Below, piece by piece: positions 36,820 to 51,200 of a DNA stretch of 64,000 nt (position 1 is its first letter; each line of letters starts with the position of its first letter). The position numbers and the translations under genes are program-made. This DNA is from Squalus acanthias. Taxonomy: Eukaryota. The notes beneath the pieces are model-generated. The model ran no database searches and was not told the DNA's origin. It saw only the letters and a list, made by a program, of their open reading frames with translations. Where the stretch lies: contig CM059432.1 in the NCBI GenBank assembly GCA_030390025.1, forward strand, positions 51,462,001 to 51,526,000, read 5' to 3'.

Positions 36820-38020
36820 ATAAGTAACAAAGTTATTTTCCCAATAACTGGTGAGCTAAAATTCCCTGTCTGCAATAGTTCTTTTAAACCCTTCTCTGTT
36901 AAAATGAACCCACAAACATTCCTACAATATTATAATCAACTCCACCAAATGAAACAACGACGTACAATATTAGAATACCTCTCTAAATTAACGTAAGTAA
37001 CTGCAGTACTGATAAGGAGCTCTGATAACTGGGTGAAACAATATTGTCAATGTGTTCATGAAGCTTTTCTCTACTTAGTGTTTCATATGCGTGTTCAGAA
37101 AGAAGACTGTGTGTAGAATTTCTTTGGAAAGACTGACTGGAAGGACCAGAAGAATTCATTCCCCATGAAAGTCAAATATCTTCAAAAGTGACTTTATTTT
37201 ACAATATCAGATCAAAGGTAAAGAACTTAACAATAGCAATAGCAGTGGTAAAATGTTGATTTCATCTTGTCTAGTATAATACTTATAGAAGAGTGGAGTT
37301 TATTACTTGACTTGAGGTAGTGTTAGGTTGGAGTTCTGTACCCAAGATCCAAATAAATCCAGTGTGTGAGTGAGAAAATGGTTTACTAAACCCCCAGGGA
37401 TTGGCCAAGAGATGTGTCTCTAATCCTATTAGACCAGCAAGGAACTGGCATAGACATACCCCTCTTTCCCCCCAATCCCATCACCCCACCAACATACACA
37501 GAAAGCCATTAAGAAATCGAACACCCGGTTTCCAGGGAATTCGGATACATAACTGTCAGAGAATTCAGACGCATATCCACTATCAAACCATCAGGGAAAT
37601 CAATCCATAGTTTAGTTTCAAACACGTCACAACACCACGAAGAAATCATATGGAAGCATAACCAATAAACTTGATCTATACCGACAGACCTTGTATACTT
37701 CATGAAACTGGGTGCATAGCCAATGGACAATATTGGATGCATAATGTGTACATCATAATAAAAAATACATGTATACGTAACTAAATGGTTTCCCATGAAA
37801 AACGATGAGAGCATACCCATTTTCTTTTGAAAAACAGAAGCCTTATTTTTTAAGTTTTCACTTCCTTACAGGCAATGCTGCTAAACAAAGAAGCAGAAAG
37901 TACAAAATGATATTACCATTCAAATCGGGCACTTCCATGCACGTCGATTAATCAAAAAAAAGGTCCAAACTGCATTAAACTTTGAATTTTTCCAAATATC
38001 AAAATTTTTTTCACATTAAA

Positions 38021-39296
38021 ATCATAGAAATTTCTGGCACAGAAGGAAGTCATTCGGTCCATCATGTCTGTGCCAACCAAAAAAGAGCTATGCAGCCTAA
38101 TACCACTTTCCAGCTCTTGGCCCGTAGCCTTGTAATTTGCAGCACTTCAAGTACATATCCAAGTACTTCTTAAATGGAATGAGGATTTCTGCCTCTACCA
38201 CCCTTTCAGGCGTGCGATCCAGACCCCCACCACCCTCTGGGTGAAAACATTTCTCCTCAACTCCCCTCTAATCCTTCTACCAATTACTTTAAATCTATGG
38301 CCCTTGGTTATTGACCTCTCTGCTAAGGGAAATAGGCCCTATCCACTCTATCTAGGCCCCTCATAATTTTATACACCTCAATTAAGTCTCCTCTCAGCCT
38401 CTTCTGTTCCAAAGAAAACAACCCCAGCCTATCCAGACTTTCCTCACAGTTAAAATTCTCCAGTCCTGGCAACATCCTCATAAATGTCCTCTGTACCCTC
38501 TTTAGTACAATCACATATTTCCTGTAATGTGGTGACCAGAACTGTACGCAGTACTCTAGCTGTGGCCTAACTAGTGTTTTATACAGTTCTAGCATAACCT
38601 CCCTGCTCTTATATTCTATGCCTCGGCTAATAAAGGCAAGTATCCCGTATTCCTTCTTAGTCACCTTATCTACCTGTCCTGTTACCTTCAGGGATCTGTG
38701 GACAAGCATTCCAAGGTCCCTCTGTTCTGCTACACTTCTCAGTATCCTACCATTTATTGTGTATTCCCTTGCCTTGTTAGCCCTCCCCAAATCCAATATC
38801 TCACACTTCTCCAGATTGAATTCCATTTGCCACTTTTCTGCCCGCCTGACCAGTCCATCGATATCTTCCTGCAGTCTACAGCTTTCTTCCTCACTATCAA
38901 CCACACCACCAATTTTTGAATCATCTGCAAACTTCTTAATCATGCCCCCTCCATTGAAGTCTAAATCATTGATACATACCACAAAAAGCAAGGGACCTAA
39001 TACTGAACCCTGCAGAACCCCATTGGAAACAGCCTTCCAGTCATAAAAACACCCGTTGACCATTACCCTTTGCTTCCTGCCACTGAGCCAATTTTGGATC
39101 CAACTTGCTACTTTCCCTTGGATCCCAGGGGCTTTTACTTTTCTGATCATTCTGCCATGTGAGACCTTGTCAAAAGCCTTGCTAAAATCCATGCAGACTA
39201 CATCAAATGCATTACACTCATCGACCCTCCATGTTACCTCCTCAAAAAATTCAATCAAGTTAGTCGGCTATGACCGTCCCTTAACAAATCCATATT
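38021..39296 (-). mobile_element. 5'-truncated CR1 LINE
   Basis: 311-aa ORF 38323-39258 with RT motifs; tail at 38021. Confidence 0.95.
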
Positions 39297-39374
39297 GCTT
39301 CATATTTGTCAGTAATCGTCTAAGAATGATAAATTAAGAAATTATTCCAAACTTACTTGATAGGATGATGAAAC

Positions 39375-39525
39375 TAAATTAGAAAATGCTGGAATCGCAC
39401 AGCAGTTCAGTCAGCATCTGAAAGAAAAAGAAAAGTTAACACTTTGGGTGTCATAATTTACCTCATGCCAATCGACTTGCTGTGAAATTCCAGCATCTTT
39501 CACTTTATTTCAGATTTCCAAAATT
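39375..39525. repeat. Degenerate Penelope-type inverted repeat
   Basis: gaaaatgctggaa..cagcatctg ... ttccagcatc..tttcagatttcca. Confidence 0.5.
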
Positions 39526-40541
39526 TTCCTTTTTTCTTTTATTCTTATTGAACACATATATGTGTTATAAGGAGAGCAGTACATTTTCTTCAAGTACTTC
39601 TGTGATCCAAACAACCATGAGGGTCAAATTTATGTGATACTTTTCCTTATACAGTAGTATAGGAACATAAGACTTTGGAGCAGGAATAGGCAATTCGGCC
39701 CTTCGAGCCTGCTTCGCCGTTCAATAAGATCATGGCTGATCTTCTACCTCAACTCCAGTTTCCGGCCCTATCCCCATATCCCCTGATTCCCTTAGTATCC
39801 AAAATTCTATCGATCCCTGCCTTGAATATACACAATGTCTGAGCATCCTCAGACCTCTGGGGTAGAGAATTCCAAACATTCATGAGCCTTTGAGTGAAGA
39901 AACTTCTCCTCAGATCAGTCCTAAATGGCCAATCCCTTATTCTGAGGTTGTGACCCTTAGTCCTAGACTCCCCAGCCAGGGAAACACTGTCTCAAGATCT
40001 ACCCTGTCAAGCCCCTTAAGAATTTTATATGTTTCAATGAGATCACCTCTCATTCTTCTAAGCTCTATGGAATATAGGCCAAGTCTACTCAATCTCCCCT
40101 CATTCCAGGAATCAGTCTCGTCAACCTTCGTTGCACTCCTTTTTTTTTTCTTCATTCATGGGGTGTTGGCTTCACTGGCAAGGCCAGCATTTATTACCCA
40201 TCCCTAATTGCCCTTGAGAAGGTGGTGGTGAGCCACCTTCTTGAACTGCTGCAGTCCATGTGGTGAAGGTACTCCCACAGTGCTGTTAGGGAGGAAGTTC
40301 CAGGATTTTGACCCAGCGACAATGAAGGAACGGTGATATATTTCCAAGTCAGGATGGTGTGTGACTTGGATTGGGAACTTGGAGGTGGTGGTGTTTCCAT
40401 GTGCCTGCTACCCTTGTCCTTCTAGGTGGTAGAGGTCATGGGTTTGGGAGGTGATGTTGAAGAAGCCTTGGCGAGTTGCTGCAGTGCATCTTGTAGATGG
40501 CACACACTGCAGCCACAGTGAGCCAGTGGTTGAGAGAGTGA

Positions 40542-41320
40542 GGGCTTAAAATTGAGTAGCGCCCCGTCTGGGGCGCTAACTTCATCAGGGCGCTACTTTT
40601 AGCGCCCCGGAAAAATGAGCGCCCCCACGCCGGAACTTGAGTGGTTGCGCCCCAAGACGGAAGCGGGGTGCTACTGGAAGCGCCCTGCATCCCTCTTGAG
40701 GCGCTGCAAGTCAATATCGCAGTGCTATGTGCCGCAGTGCCATGTGCTGCAGCACGTCGCGCCGTGATATTGCAGGCCTTCCTCCCCTTCTTAAAGGGGA
40801 GGGGTCTTGCGCAGCGCGACCCAGGGCCCAGCTGGGCCCCGGGGATCGGGAGTGCTGGCAAAAGAGCCCGGCACTCAAGAGAAGTGCCGGGCTCTTGGAG
40901 CGCATCACTTCGCGGGGGGGGGTGGGGGGGGTGTTCAGGAGACCGGGGACGGGAGCGCAGGCAGGTGCTGGCAGGCGGCGAGCAACAAAAATGGCCGCCC
41001 CATACCTCGCCTTTAAATTGTGCCTCCACAGTCGCAGGTAGGCCCCCCTGACCCCGTCGGACATAGCGTCCGGTGTTAAGTCAGGGGGCGCTCCCGAAGA
41101 TCGGGGCCAGGGCGCGAGCGGGGCACTGCTCATGGCGATGATGTCATCGCCGGCAGCGCTACCGGCAGCGGGGCGCTACCGGTTAGCGCCGCCGCTAATC
41201 TCCTGCTGAATTTCGCGGGAGGCGTGGTCGGCACCACGCCCAGGCGCTAGTTGCTTTGCGCCCTGTTAGCACCCTCTTAGAGCGCTAATGGGAGGCGCAA
41301 AACAACCCAATTTTTCCCCC
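40542..41320. mobile_element. GC-rich Harbinger-type MITE
   Basis: TIR gggcttaaaatt/aatttttccccc, TSD TGA; host LINE rejoins as gagtgaatgtttaagg. Confidence 0.9.
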
Positions 41321-42832
41321 TGAATGTTTAAGGTGGAAGGAGTGCCAATCAAGCGGGCTGCTTTGTCCTGGATAGTGTTAAGCTAATTGAGTGTTGTTGG
41401 AGCTGCACTCATCCAGGCAAGTGGAAAGTATTCGATCACACTCCTAATTTGTGCCTTGTAGATGGTGGAAAGGCTTTGGGGAGTCAGGAGGTGAATCACT
41501 CGTCGCAGAATATCCAGCCTCTGACCTGCTCTTGTAGACACAGTATTTATGTGACTGGTCCAGTTGAGTTTCTGGTCAATGGTGACCCCCAGGATGTTGA
41601 TGGTGGGGGGGTTTGACGATGGTAATGCCGTTGAATATCAAGGGGAAGTGGTTTGACATTCTCTTGTTGGAGATGGTCATTGCCTGGCACTTCTGTGGCA
41701 TGAATGTTACTTGCCACTTATCAGCCCAAGCCTGACTGTTGTTCAGGTCTTGCTGCATGCGGGCAAGGACTGCTTCATTATCTGAGGAGTTGCGAATGGT
41801 TCTGAACGCTGTGCAATCATCAGCGAACATCCCCATTTCTGACCTTATGATGGAGAGAAGGTCAAGAGAAGCAGCTGAAGATAGTTGGGCCTAGGATACT
41901 GTCCTGAGGAACTCCTGCAGCGATGTCCTTGGGCTAAGATGATTGGCATCCAACAACCACAACCATCTTCTTTTGTGTTACGTATGATTCCAGCCAGTGG
42001 AGAGTTTTCCCCCTGATTCCCATTGACTTCAATTTTAAGTGTGATGCCACACTTGATCAAATGCTGCCTTGATGTCAAGGGCAGTCACTCTCACCTCACC
42101 TCTGGAATTCAGCTCTTTTGTCCATGTTTGGCCAAGGCTGTAATGAGGTCTGGAGCTGAGTGGTCCTGCGGAACCCAAAGTGAGCTTCGTTGAGCAGGTT
42201 AATGTCAAGTGCCGATTGATAGCACTGTCGGCAACACCTTCCATTACTTTGCTGATGTTTGAGAGTAGACTGATGGGGAGGTAATTGGCCGGATTGGATT
42301 TGTCCTGCTTTTTGTGGATAGGACATACCTTGGCATGCTAAACAGCGGAAGCAACGTGAATCAGGTAGATGCCAGTGTTGTAACTGTACTGGAACAGCTT
42401 GGCTAGAGGTGCAGCTAGTTCTGGAGCACAAGTCTTCAGCACGATAGCCGGGATGTTGTCAGGGCCCATAGCCTTTGCTGTATCCAATGCACTCAACCAT
42501 CTCTTGATATCACGCGGAATGAATTGAATTGGCTAAAGACTGGCTTTTGTGAGTCCTCAGGAGGAGGCCGATGTGGATCATCCACTCGGCACTTCTGGCT
42601 GAGGATGGTTGGAAATGTTTCAGCCTTGTCTTTTGCACTCACATGCTGGGCTCCACCATCATTGAAGATGGGGATATTCATGAAGCCTCCTCCTCCCGTT
42701 AGTTGTTTAATTGTCCACCACCATTCACAGATGTGTCAGGACTGCAGAGCTTTGATCTGATCCTTTAGTTGTGGGATCACTTAGCTCTCCCTATAGTCTG
42801 CTGTTTCTGCTGTTTAGCATGCATGTAGACCT

Positions 42833-43127
42833 GTGTCTGCTCTCTCGGGTGGACGTAAAAGATCCCAAGGCACTATTTCGAAAAAGAGCAGGGGAGTTAT
42901 TCCCAGTATCCTGGCCAATATTTATCCCTCAATCAACATAACAAAAAAAAACAGATTATCTGGTCATTATCACATTGCTGTTTGTGGGAGCTTGCTGTGT
43001 GCAAATTGGCTGCCGCGTTTCCCACATTACAACAGTGACTACACTCCAAAAGTACTTAATTGGCTGTAAAGCGCTTTGAGACGTCCGGTGGTCATCAAAG
43101 ACGCTATATAAATGTAAGCCTTTTTCT
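42833..43127 (+). mobile_element. 5'-truncated Deu-domain SINE (SacSINE1-like)
   Basis: Matches 45950-46225; tail cgctatataaatgtaag. Confidence 0.8.
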
Positions 43128-45256
43128 TGTAGCTTCCCCCAGTTGGCACCTCCATTTTTAGGTACGCCTGGTGCTGCTCCTCGCATGCTTCTCTACACTC
43201 CTCATTGAACCTCGAAGGCAGGTATATCCTTCGTTAGTTACTCCAGATGTGGTCTCACCAAGGCCTTATATAATTTTAGTAAGACGTCTTTACTCTTATA
43301 CTCCAATCCCATTGTAATAAATGCTAACATACCATTTGGTTTCCTAATTGCTTGCTGTACTTGCATGTTAACTTTCTGTGATTTGTGAACAAGCACATCA
43401 AGGACCCTCTGAATACCAGCATGTTCCAGTCTCTAGCCCTTTAAAAAATATTCTGCTTTTCTATTTTTCCTACCAAAGTGGATAACTTCATATTTCTCCA
43501 CATTATATTCCATCTGCCACATTCTGGCCCACTCACTTAGCCTGTCTATAACCCTTTGCAGCCACTTTGCATCCTCCCTCCTCACAACTTACTTTCCCAC
43601 CTAGCTTTGTATTGTCAGAAAACTTGGATACATTGCACTCGGTCCCCTCATCTAAGTCATTGATGTAGATTGTGAATAGCTGAAGCCCAAGCACTGATCC
43701 TCGCGGTACCCCACTAGTTACAGCTTGCCAACCCGAAAATGACCCGTTTATTCCTACTCTCTGTTTTCTGTCTGTAAACCAATCCTCAATCCTCAATCCA
43801 TGCTAATATATTACCCCAATCCCATTTGCCCTAATTTTGTGTAATATTCTCTTGTGTGGCACCTTATTGAATGCTTTATGAAAGTCCAAATACACTACAC
43901 ACTACATCCACTGGTTCTCTCTTATCTACCCTGCCAATTACAACGTCAAAAAACTAGCAGATTTGTCAAACGCGATTTCACTTTCATAAATCCATGTTGG
44001 CTCTGCCCAATAAATGCCCTGTCACCAAATCGCTAATAGATTCTAGCATTTTCCCTACTACTGATGTCAGGCTAACTGGCCTGTAGTTCCCTATTTTCTC
44101 TCTCCCTCTTTTCTTGAATAGCGGAGTTACCTTCCAATCTGCGAGGACCATTCTAAAATCTGGGGAATTCTGAAAGATCACAACCAATGCATCCACAAAC
44201 CTTGTTACGGTTGTCTCAGTTGTGCTCTGTTGTGATGTGTAATATGCAAAAGGATTTCTACTTTGCCTCCTCTTTTTAGCCCAGACATTCTCATTTGAAT
44301 TTATCATCCTTCAGTTAGCAGGGTTGGGGGTTACTCGGTCTATTATTGTCAGTCAATGGGATGAGAAGGGACTGAACCTAATGTTAAATGGGTTAACATA
44401 TGCTATGACGAAGCAGTCCCTCGAGCTGAATGCTTAAACCTCCAAGAAAACTTGTCCGACAATGACAGGTGAGTTTAATGCAGGCAATGATTCAGAGTCC
44501 TGACCTCTTGGATTTAAAGTACAGAGCTCTGCTGATGGAGCACTGGGAATGGCCTTCTAAATACAGGGTGACAAAAATTGCTTGTGTTTGCATTGTTGGA
44601 AATACAGTAGCGTTGTGTAGCTCAAGGCTAACACCACAGTGACTGTGACAGATTACTTACCACCATTTAAATCATTTGATTGGGACACAGCAGTGAAATG
44701 AAGCGCTTCAAAATGAGTGAAATCTACACCACTGTCGATTTCCATTGTTTAGTCCCAGCAATATTATAATCAAAAACGCAAGCATGATGTGTGCAAAGCA
44801 CTAATTTAATCCATCTTCATTGCACCTGGATCCTGATCAATACTTCTGACAGGCAGCACTGAACATGGATTATAGCCCACATGGCTCAGCTTACTATCAG
44901 GGACCCAGTGGAGATAATCAGCTCCATTTAAAGAAACAATGCGTTAAGGGGGGGAAAAAATAAGTTGTGATCTACACTGCGGAGTTGATTTTGTTGTTAA
45001 AGATAAAGCTACTGTTTGAACAAAACTTTTGAAATATTTTAAGTAAAAAGCAACATTTATATTTAAAGATGACCATCCATGAATTTTCCTCCATCAGTTT
45101 TGAATATCAGAGATAGTAGTGCAAATTTGTGACTTTTTAACAGATATTTTTGTAATATATAAGCCCAAAAATTGCTGTTGGCATAAAGCTTTATGTCAGC
45201 AGCAATTGTACAATTAGTGACCAACGAGGTCAGATTGTAGCACAGCACTTGCTTAC

Positions 45257-48200
45257 TGCCCGTTTCCCACCACTAACAAAATTGCTGTTAATAAGAATGG
45301 AAAGTGCAAGCACTAATGCAGTCGTATCATGTATTAGGACAATTAGCTGACAGAACAGCAAAGTGCTCCATATTGCAGCAGTAACTAGTGGTGCATTTGT
45401 CATGCACAAATGATACAAGCCTTACTGGAGAGCTGATTTGAGAACTGAAATGAGTTAACCCCCAAATAGCTTACCAATAAGAATTTCTAGGCTGTAACCT
45501 CAAAGATAGTTGTTCTTGTATTGGCTGCTCCTCTGAAACTAACCTAAAATGCCTTTATTGAAAAAACGCAGCATTAATGAATTAATGACAGCACCTTTGA
45601 CATGCTTGGCTGAAGGATGTTTGTAGGGAGAAAATCTGTTTTGCAAGATGGATAATCACAATTAACAGTAACCTTTTTAAACTGAAGCCCTGGGATGATG
45701 AACTTTGGGTGACAGGAGTAGAAAAGCTAAATCATTATTTTCAGAAGTTTTCCTGTTCTACTTAAGTGTTCCACTTTAGGTGTCAGCCATGGCACAGTGG
45801 GTAGCACTCTCACCTCTTGAGTCAGAAGGTCAGGGTTCAAATCCTACTCCAGAGACTAAAGCACAAAAATCTAGGCTGACACACAGTGCAGTACTGAGGG
45901 AGTGCTGCACTGTCGAAGGTGCTGTCTTTTGGATGAGACGTTATATCATGTCTGCTCTCTCAGGTGGGCATAAAAGATCCAATGTCACTATTTCAAAGAA
46001 GAGCAGGGGAGTTATCCCCGGTGTCCTGGCCAATATTTATCCCTCAATCAACATCACTAAAACAGATTATCACATTGCTGTTTGTGGGAGCTTGCTGTGC
46101 GCAAATTGGCTTTTCCTACATTACAACAGTGACTACACTTCAAAACGTACTTCATTGGCTGTAAAACATTTTGGGATGTCCGGTGGTCGTGAAAGGCACT
46201 ATATAAATGCAAATCTTTCTTTTTTTCTGCTCTTGTGTGATCCTAACTGTCAAGAGTCTGTGGATGTTGTGCATACGGAGACAAAAGGTGAAAATAATAG
46301 CAGGCAAATTAAGAATGTGGCTGTTTTGAGTTTAGATTCAGATCCCCAAATCTTCAGATAACCTACATCTGTAAATTGAATCTTCAAAGTATGCCAGTAG
46401 CAGAGCAGGAGAGTGTCAGGGAACTAAAATTAACTACCTGACTTATTTGATGACCAGCTGGCATGCCTACTGGACTGCCGAATTCAGATTATATTCCCTA
46501 CTACTATAGAAAATAATGAGACTCTGCTCAATTATGTTACAGATATGTGGGATTTTCATGTTAAATAATCATCAATTAACAGCACATAAGATATTGCTCA
46601 GATACTGTATGAGTCAAGCATTACATATCAAAATCCCATGTCTTGTGCTAGGAGCCATCAGGATTACTACCCTCTGAATTTCTATTCTCAGTGCCTGTAT
46701 TATTATACCAAAGGCTTAATTTATCCATGTCATTTATTCATGCTCTTCATGGAATTCAGTAACACTTGTGAAGAACGGGCAGATTATTCAAAAGATGTCA
46801 ACATTGTAAAGGACAGACTAGAATTATCTTTAGAACAAGGAAATGCTCCATGTGATACTCAGACAGAAACTGCCAACTGTGAGATATCCGTATCACAATT
46901 AGGGAAAAACAAGTCAATCCACTTAGTAACATTCATTAAAAAAAATGTGCCAAGAACATAAAGGGAATTAAATAAGTTTAAAAGTATTGGTCAGTATCCA
47001 AAATGAACAGGCTATGTTCTCAGCTCATGCTAACTGTCTTTCATTGTAGCGGGTAAGTAAATTAGTGCACAGCGATGAACTGTGGGTCCACCATCTTTTA
47101 GAACAATAGCACACAATCCTTGCCTTGTACAGCAAACCCACTAACTAAATTCCCAAGTGAGACCTGCATATCTATTTATGTAGAGCAGTCCAAGAACAAG
47201 GAGAAAAGCAATTTACAATGGGAAACAATTCAAAAGAGATATTTGCAACTCCATTCCCACAACACACAACATGCCTACACATACTTTAAAAAAAAACTCA
47301 TGGGCTGTACAGAGGCTCATAACAATATAACATTAATGATTAAAGACACAGAATGGGATTAAATGTAGTTTTAATCCCCACTCACCTTATTTCCTGATCG
47401 GAGTCACATCGACTAGGAAGGTGCTGAATGAAAGCTGTGGCATATACCTGGGTGGGTGCTGGGAGGAGAAATCAGAGTGGTGAGGCATGCCAGGCAGTCC
47501 CAAGTCCTTCCTGATAGCTGAGTACAGGGGCATAGATAATTTGCCAGTAACAGAGATATCAAGGCCAGGCAGGCCAGAGATGGCAGACAATTTACAACTT
47601 TATCTACAACTAGGATGTAATTTATTGTATGATTATTTATTATTTCCCGAGAATTTTAAGTAACTAAATCTGAGTACTTTACAATAACCATTATGACTAT
47701 TTTTGACAGTCTTATTTGTGCTCAATGAAAATGATTAATTCACTAAACTACAAGTGGAAGATTGTCCTATTAGGAACAAATGGTGCATTTACACTACAAC
47801 TGTCACATTGGTACAAAACAGTCTGTGTCTCATTCAGGACCAGATCTGACACCAGACCAAAGCACCGTAAGATTCCATGAAAGAGGAAGTCTCACATGAG
47901 TCAGCTAGACCACTTCGCACCAATGTGAAACTTGTAATTTTGAGTTTTCGATAATGGGAAAAGCAAGGTTGAACTGACCCAATCAATAAGGCTTGCCTGT
48001 GCCAGCAGTGCAGAGTGTTGGAATGACCCACTTTTCCAATGGGTGTCCCTATCCCTAATTTGAATAAGCTATAGATGCAATAAAAGCTTGCCTGTCGCAC
48101 ATGTTACTGGAGATCAGAAAATCCAGAAGGGGAGCAGATAACCATGAAAGTTGTAGTGGGGATAGAAAAATAACTATTTTCCACAGCAGTACAGTGGTGA

Positions 48201-51200
48201 TATGTGGACAACACTGTTCCTTTTTACACTGAGGCGTTGGAGATCTTGTGCAGGAGGTGCACCAAAGGAGGGTGGCCTTGTTTGGGGCAAAAGACCACCT
48301 TCCAGTGACGGCCCAGGTGCAAATAGCATTGAGACGTTCTGATGAGTTCACACAGTTATCCAGGTCCCTGGTACAAGGCTGCAAATGAGGAATATGTTTG
48401 CTGGCATCAGAAAGAAGACAATAATAAGTGCTGTTGCTCGCATTTGTTGTGGAATGGGCCAAGGATGGCATGAACCTAAAATGGGAACTCGCATATCCTG
48501 GGAGCGATACTGAGAGCCAGTAGATGTCGTGTATTTGGATTTTCAGAAGGCATTCGATAAGGTGCCACATAAAAGATAAGATTACTACACAAGATAAGAG
48601 CTCACGGGGTTGGGGGTAATATATTAGCATGGATAGAGGATTGGCTAACTAACAGACAACAGAAAGTAGGGATAAATGGGTCATTTTCAGGTTGGCAAAC
48701 TGTAACTAGTGGGGTGCCGCAGGGATCAGTGCTGGGGCCTCAACTATTTACAATCTATATTAATGACTTGGATGAAGGGACCGAATGTAATGTAGCCAAA
48801 TTTGCTGATGATACAAAGATAGGTGGGAAAGCAAATTGTGTGGAGGATGCAAAGAATCTCCAAAGGGATATAGATAGGCTAAGTGAGTGGGCAAAAATCT
48901 GGCAGATGGAGTATAATGTGGGAAAATGTGAGGTAATCCACTTTGGTAGGAAAAATAAAAAAGTAAATTATTATTTAAATGGGGAGAGATTACAAAATGC
49001 TGAGGTTCAGAGGGATCTGGGGGATATTGTACATGAATCACAAAAAGTTAGCATGCAGGTACAGCAAGTAATTAGGAAGGCAAATGGAGTGTTGGCCTTT
49101 ATTGCAAAGGGAATGGAGTATAAAAGTAGGGAAGTCCTGTTACAACTGTACAGGGCATTGGTGAGACCACACCTGGAGTACTGCGTACAGTTTTGGTCTC
49201 CTTATTTAAGGAAGGATATACTTGCATTGGAGGCAGTTCAGAGAAGGCTCTCGAGGTTGATTCCGGAGATGAAGGGGTTGTCTTATGAAGAAAGGTTGAG
49301 CAGGTTGGGCCTATACTCATTGGAGTTTAGAAGAATGAGAGGGGATCTTATTGAAACATATAAGATTCTGAAGGGGCTTGACAAGGTATATGCAGAGAGG
49401 TGTTTCCCCTTGTGGGAGAATCTAGAACTAGGGGGCATAGTTTCAGAATAAGGGGACACCCATTTAAATTGGAAATGAGGAGGAATTTCTTCTCTCAGAG
49501 GGTCGTGAATCTTTGGAATTCTCTTCCCCAGAGAGCTGTGGAGGCTGGGTCATTGAATATATTTAAAGTGGAGATAGACAGATTTTTGAAAGGTAAGGGA
49601 GTCAAGGGTTATGGGGAGCGGGAAGGGAAGTGGAGTTGAGGCCAAGATCAGAGCAGCCATGATCTTATTGAATGGCGGAACAGGCTCGAGGGGCCAAATG
49701 ATCTACTCCTGCTCCTACGTCTTATGTTCTTATGTCTTATGTTCTTATGTTCTTTAACCCTTGTATACAGTCACTGTCCTTTTGCCTACGCTCTTTCATT
49801 GTGCCAAAGCTATATGGCACACTTCTTATGCATGTGGATGTGGCAGACATGGGACAGAAAACAGATGCTCAGGTTTCCAGCCCAATGTCCTTCTCTGCTG
49901 TTAAAGCATCTCTAAGTTGAGTCAGCACAGTAGATGCAGAAGTTTGCCTTGATCTGCTGTGCTGATCTTGCCCGCACCCCCTCGCCATCCAACCATCCAC
50001 CAGTGCTTTTTCTCGTTCCAAAAATGCACCCATCACGGACTGCTGCTTACTGATGGCATCATGGCTGCTTCCTGAATAAAGATCATTGACATGCAAAATG
50101 ATATTTCTGTGGCGAGATACCAGCTAATCGTGAATTGAGTGCAAACACTTTCTTTGCATGTAAGTCAAGGTTGATACTGTGGGCGGTCCCTCACCTGCAG
50201 ACGAAAGGTTAAGCGAGGGTCGTAATTTAAATAAAAATTTCCATGCAAAATTATCCGTGCATGCTGGTAGCACGACATGTATAGAAAATTGCCTATAGGG
50301 AAATTGTAAACAAGGACATGAGCTTGATTTTCTAACCCCAATCCACTGCCTCTGAGGCTCCACAGCCTTTAAGTCAGATAGTATAAATACATTCAAAGAT
50401 GCCAAGAAATTTTTCAGAATAACACTATCGAAAAATCAATGTTAAGTACATGAAAAATTATCGTGGACACCTCTCAAAGTCTAGCCCAAGGTCTTTTCTA
50501 AATATTGTGCTGCAAATGGTTACCAAGGGACCATGTTAAACCCATGCTGGATTCAATATTTTGGACCAGCGCTTAAAATTGTGACATAGTTCTGCAACAT
50601 TCAGGTGCTTTTTCATTTTCATCTCTGTTAAGCATCCAGCATTAAAATTTTATCAAATATCATCCCTGTGGAAGAATTTCCATGGGCACTTTCATTGAAC
50701 ATAACTTAAGACAAATTGAGTTGAGGCAGATAAAGATGTAATCTACGTGAAAGTACTTGCAGGGGAAAAAAGAATACAATAAATGGCATGAGACCCTTAA
50801 TTCTGTCAGTTTTAATTTCATGCTCTGTAAAGCACACTAGTGAAATACAGGGCTTTTTGACATTTGCACAGACCTTGCTGTTTACTGAATGAGGGCCTAT
50901 GGCAACTAGTCTAGATTAAGCAAGTTAGCAATTTGGTAGCAAATGCAGCAAGTTACACTGTTCTCTGAAATATTATTTCCTGGAATTTGAATTTGCTCAA
51001 CTCATTTGTATGAAATTACTTTGTCCACTATTTTAACAGTGACATATCCATTTATTTTAAATCAGTTAACATCTAAGTTAAAGTAGCAGACAAGATCATT
51101 TTATTTGAAAGCATTAATTGACTAATACGGCATGGTATAATTTTTGGGCAATGCCGTATGTATTCTTTTTCCAAAAGTAAATTGTAAGCAATTCAAAGTA

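Larger units (their letters stand above)
40140..43212 (-). mobile_element. Second LINE family copy, 5'-truncated and decayed
   Basis: Poly-T tail at 40140; reverse complement of ~3165-5590; contains a MITE and a SINE. Confidence 0.9.
39663..44194 (-). mobile_element. CR1 LINE (39663-40139 and 43213-44194) split by the second LINE family
   Basis: Tail gaacataag at 39663; ...gttgcactcct rejoins cgaaggcaggtatatcc; ORFs 43533-43796 and 43984-44307. Confidence 0.85.

Noticed and set aside
46638..46961. 107-aa ATG-initiated ORF in unique DNA (also 58797-59111 and 30136-30324)
   Set aside because: No recognisable motif; length is compatible with chance.
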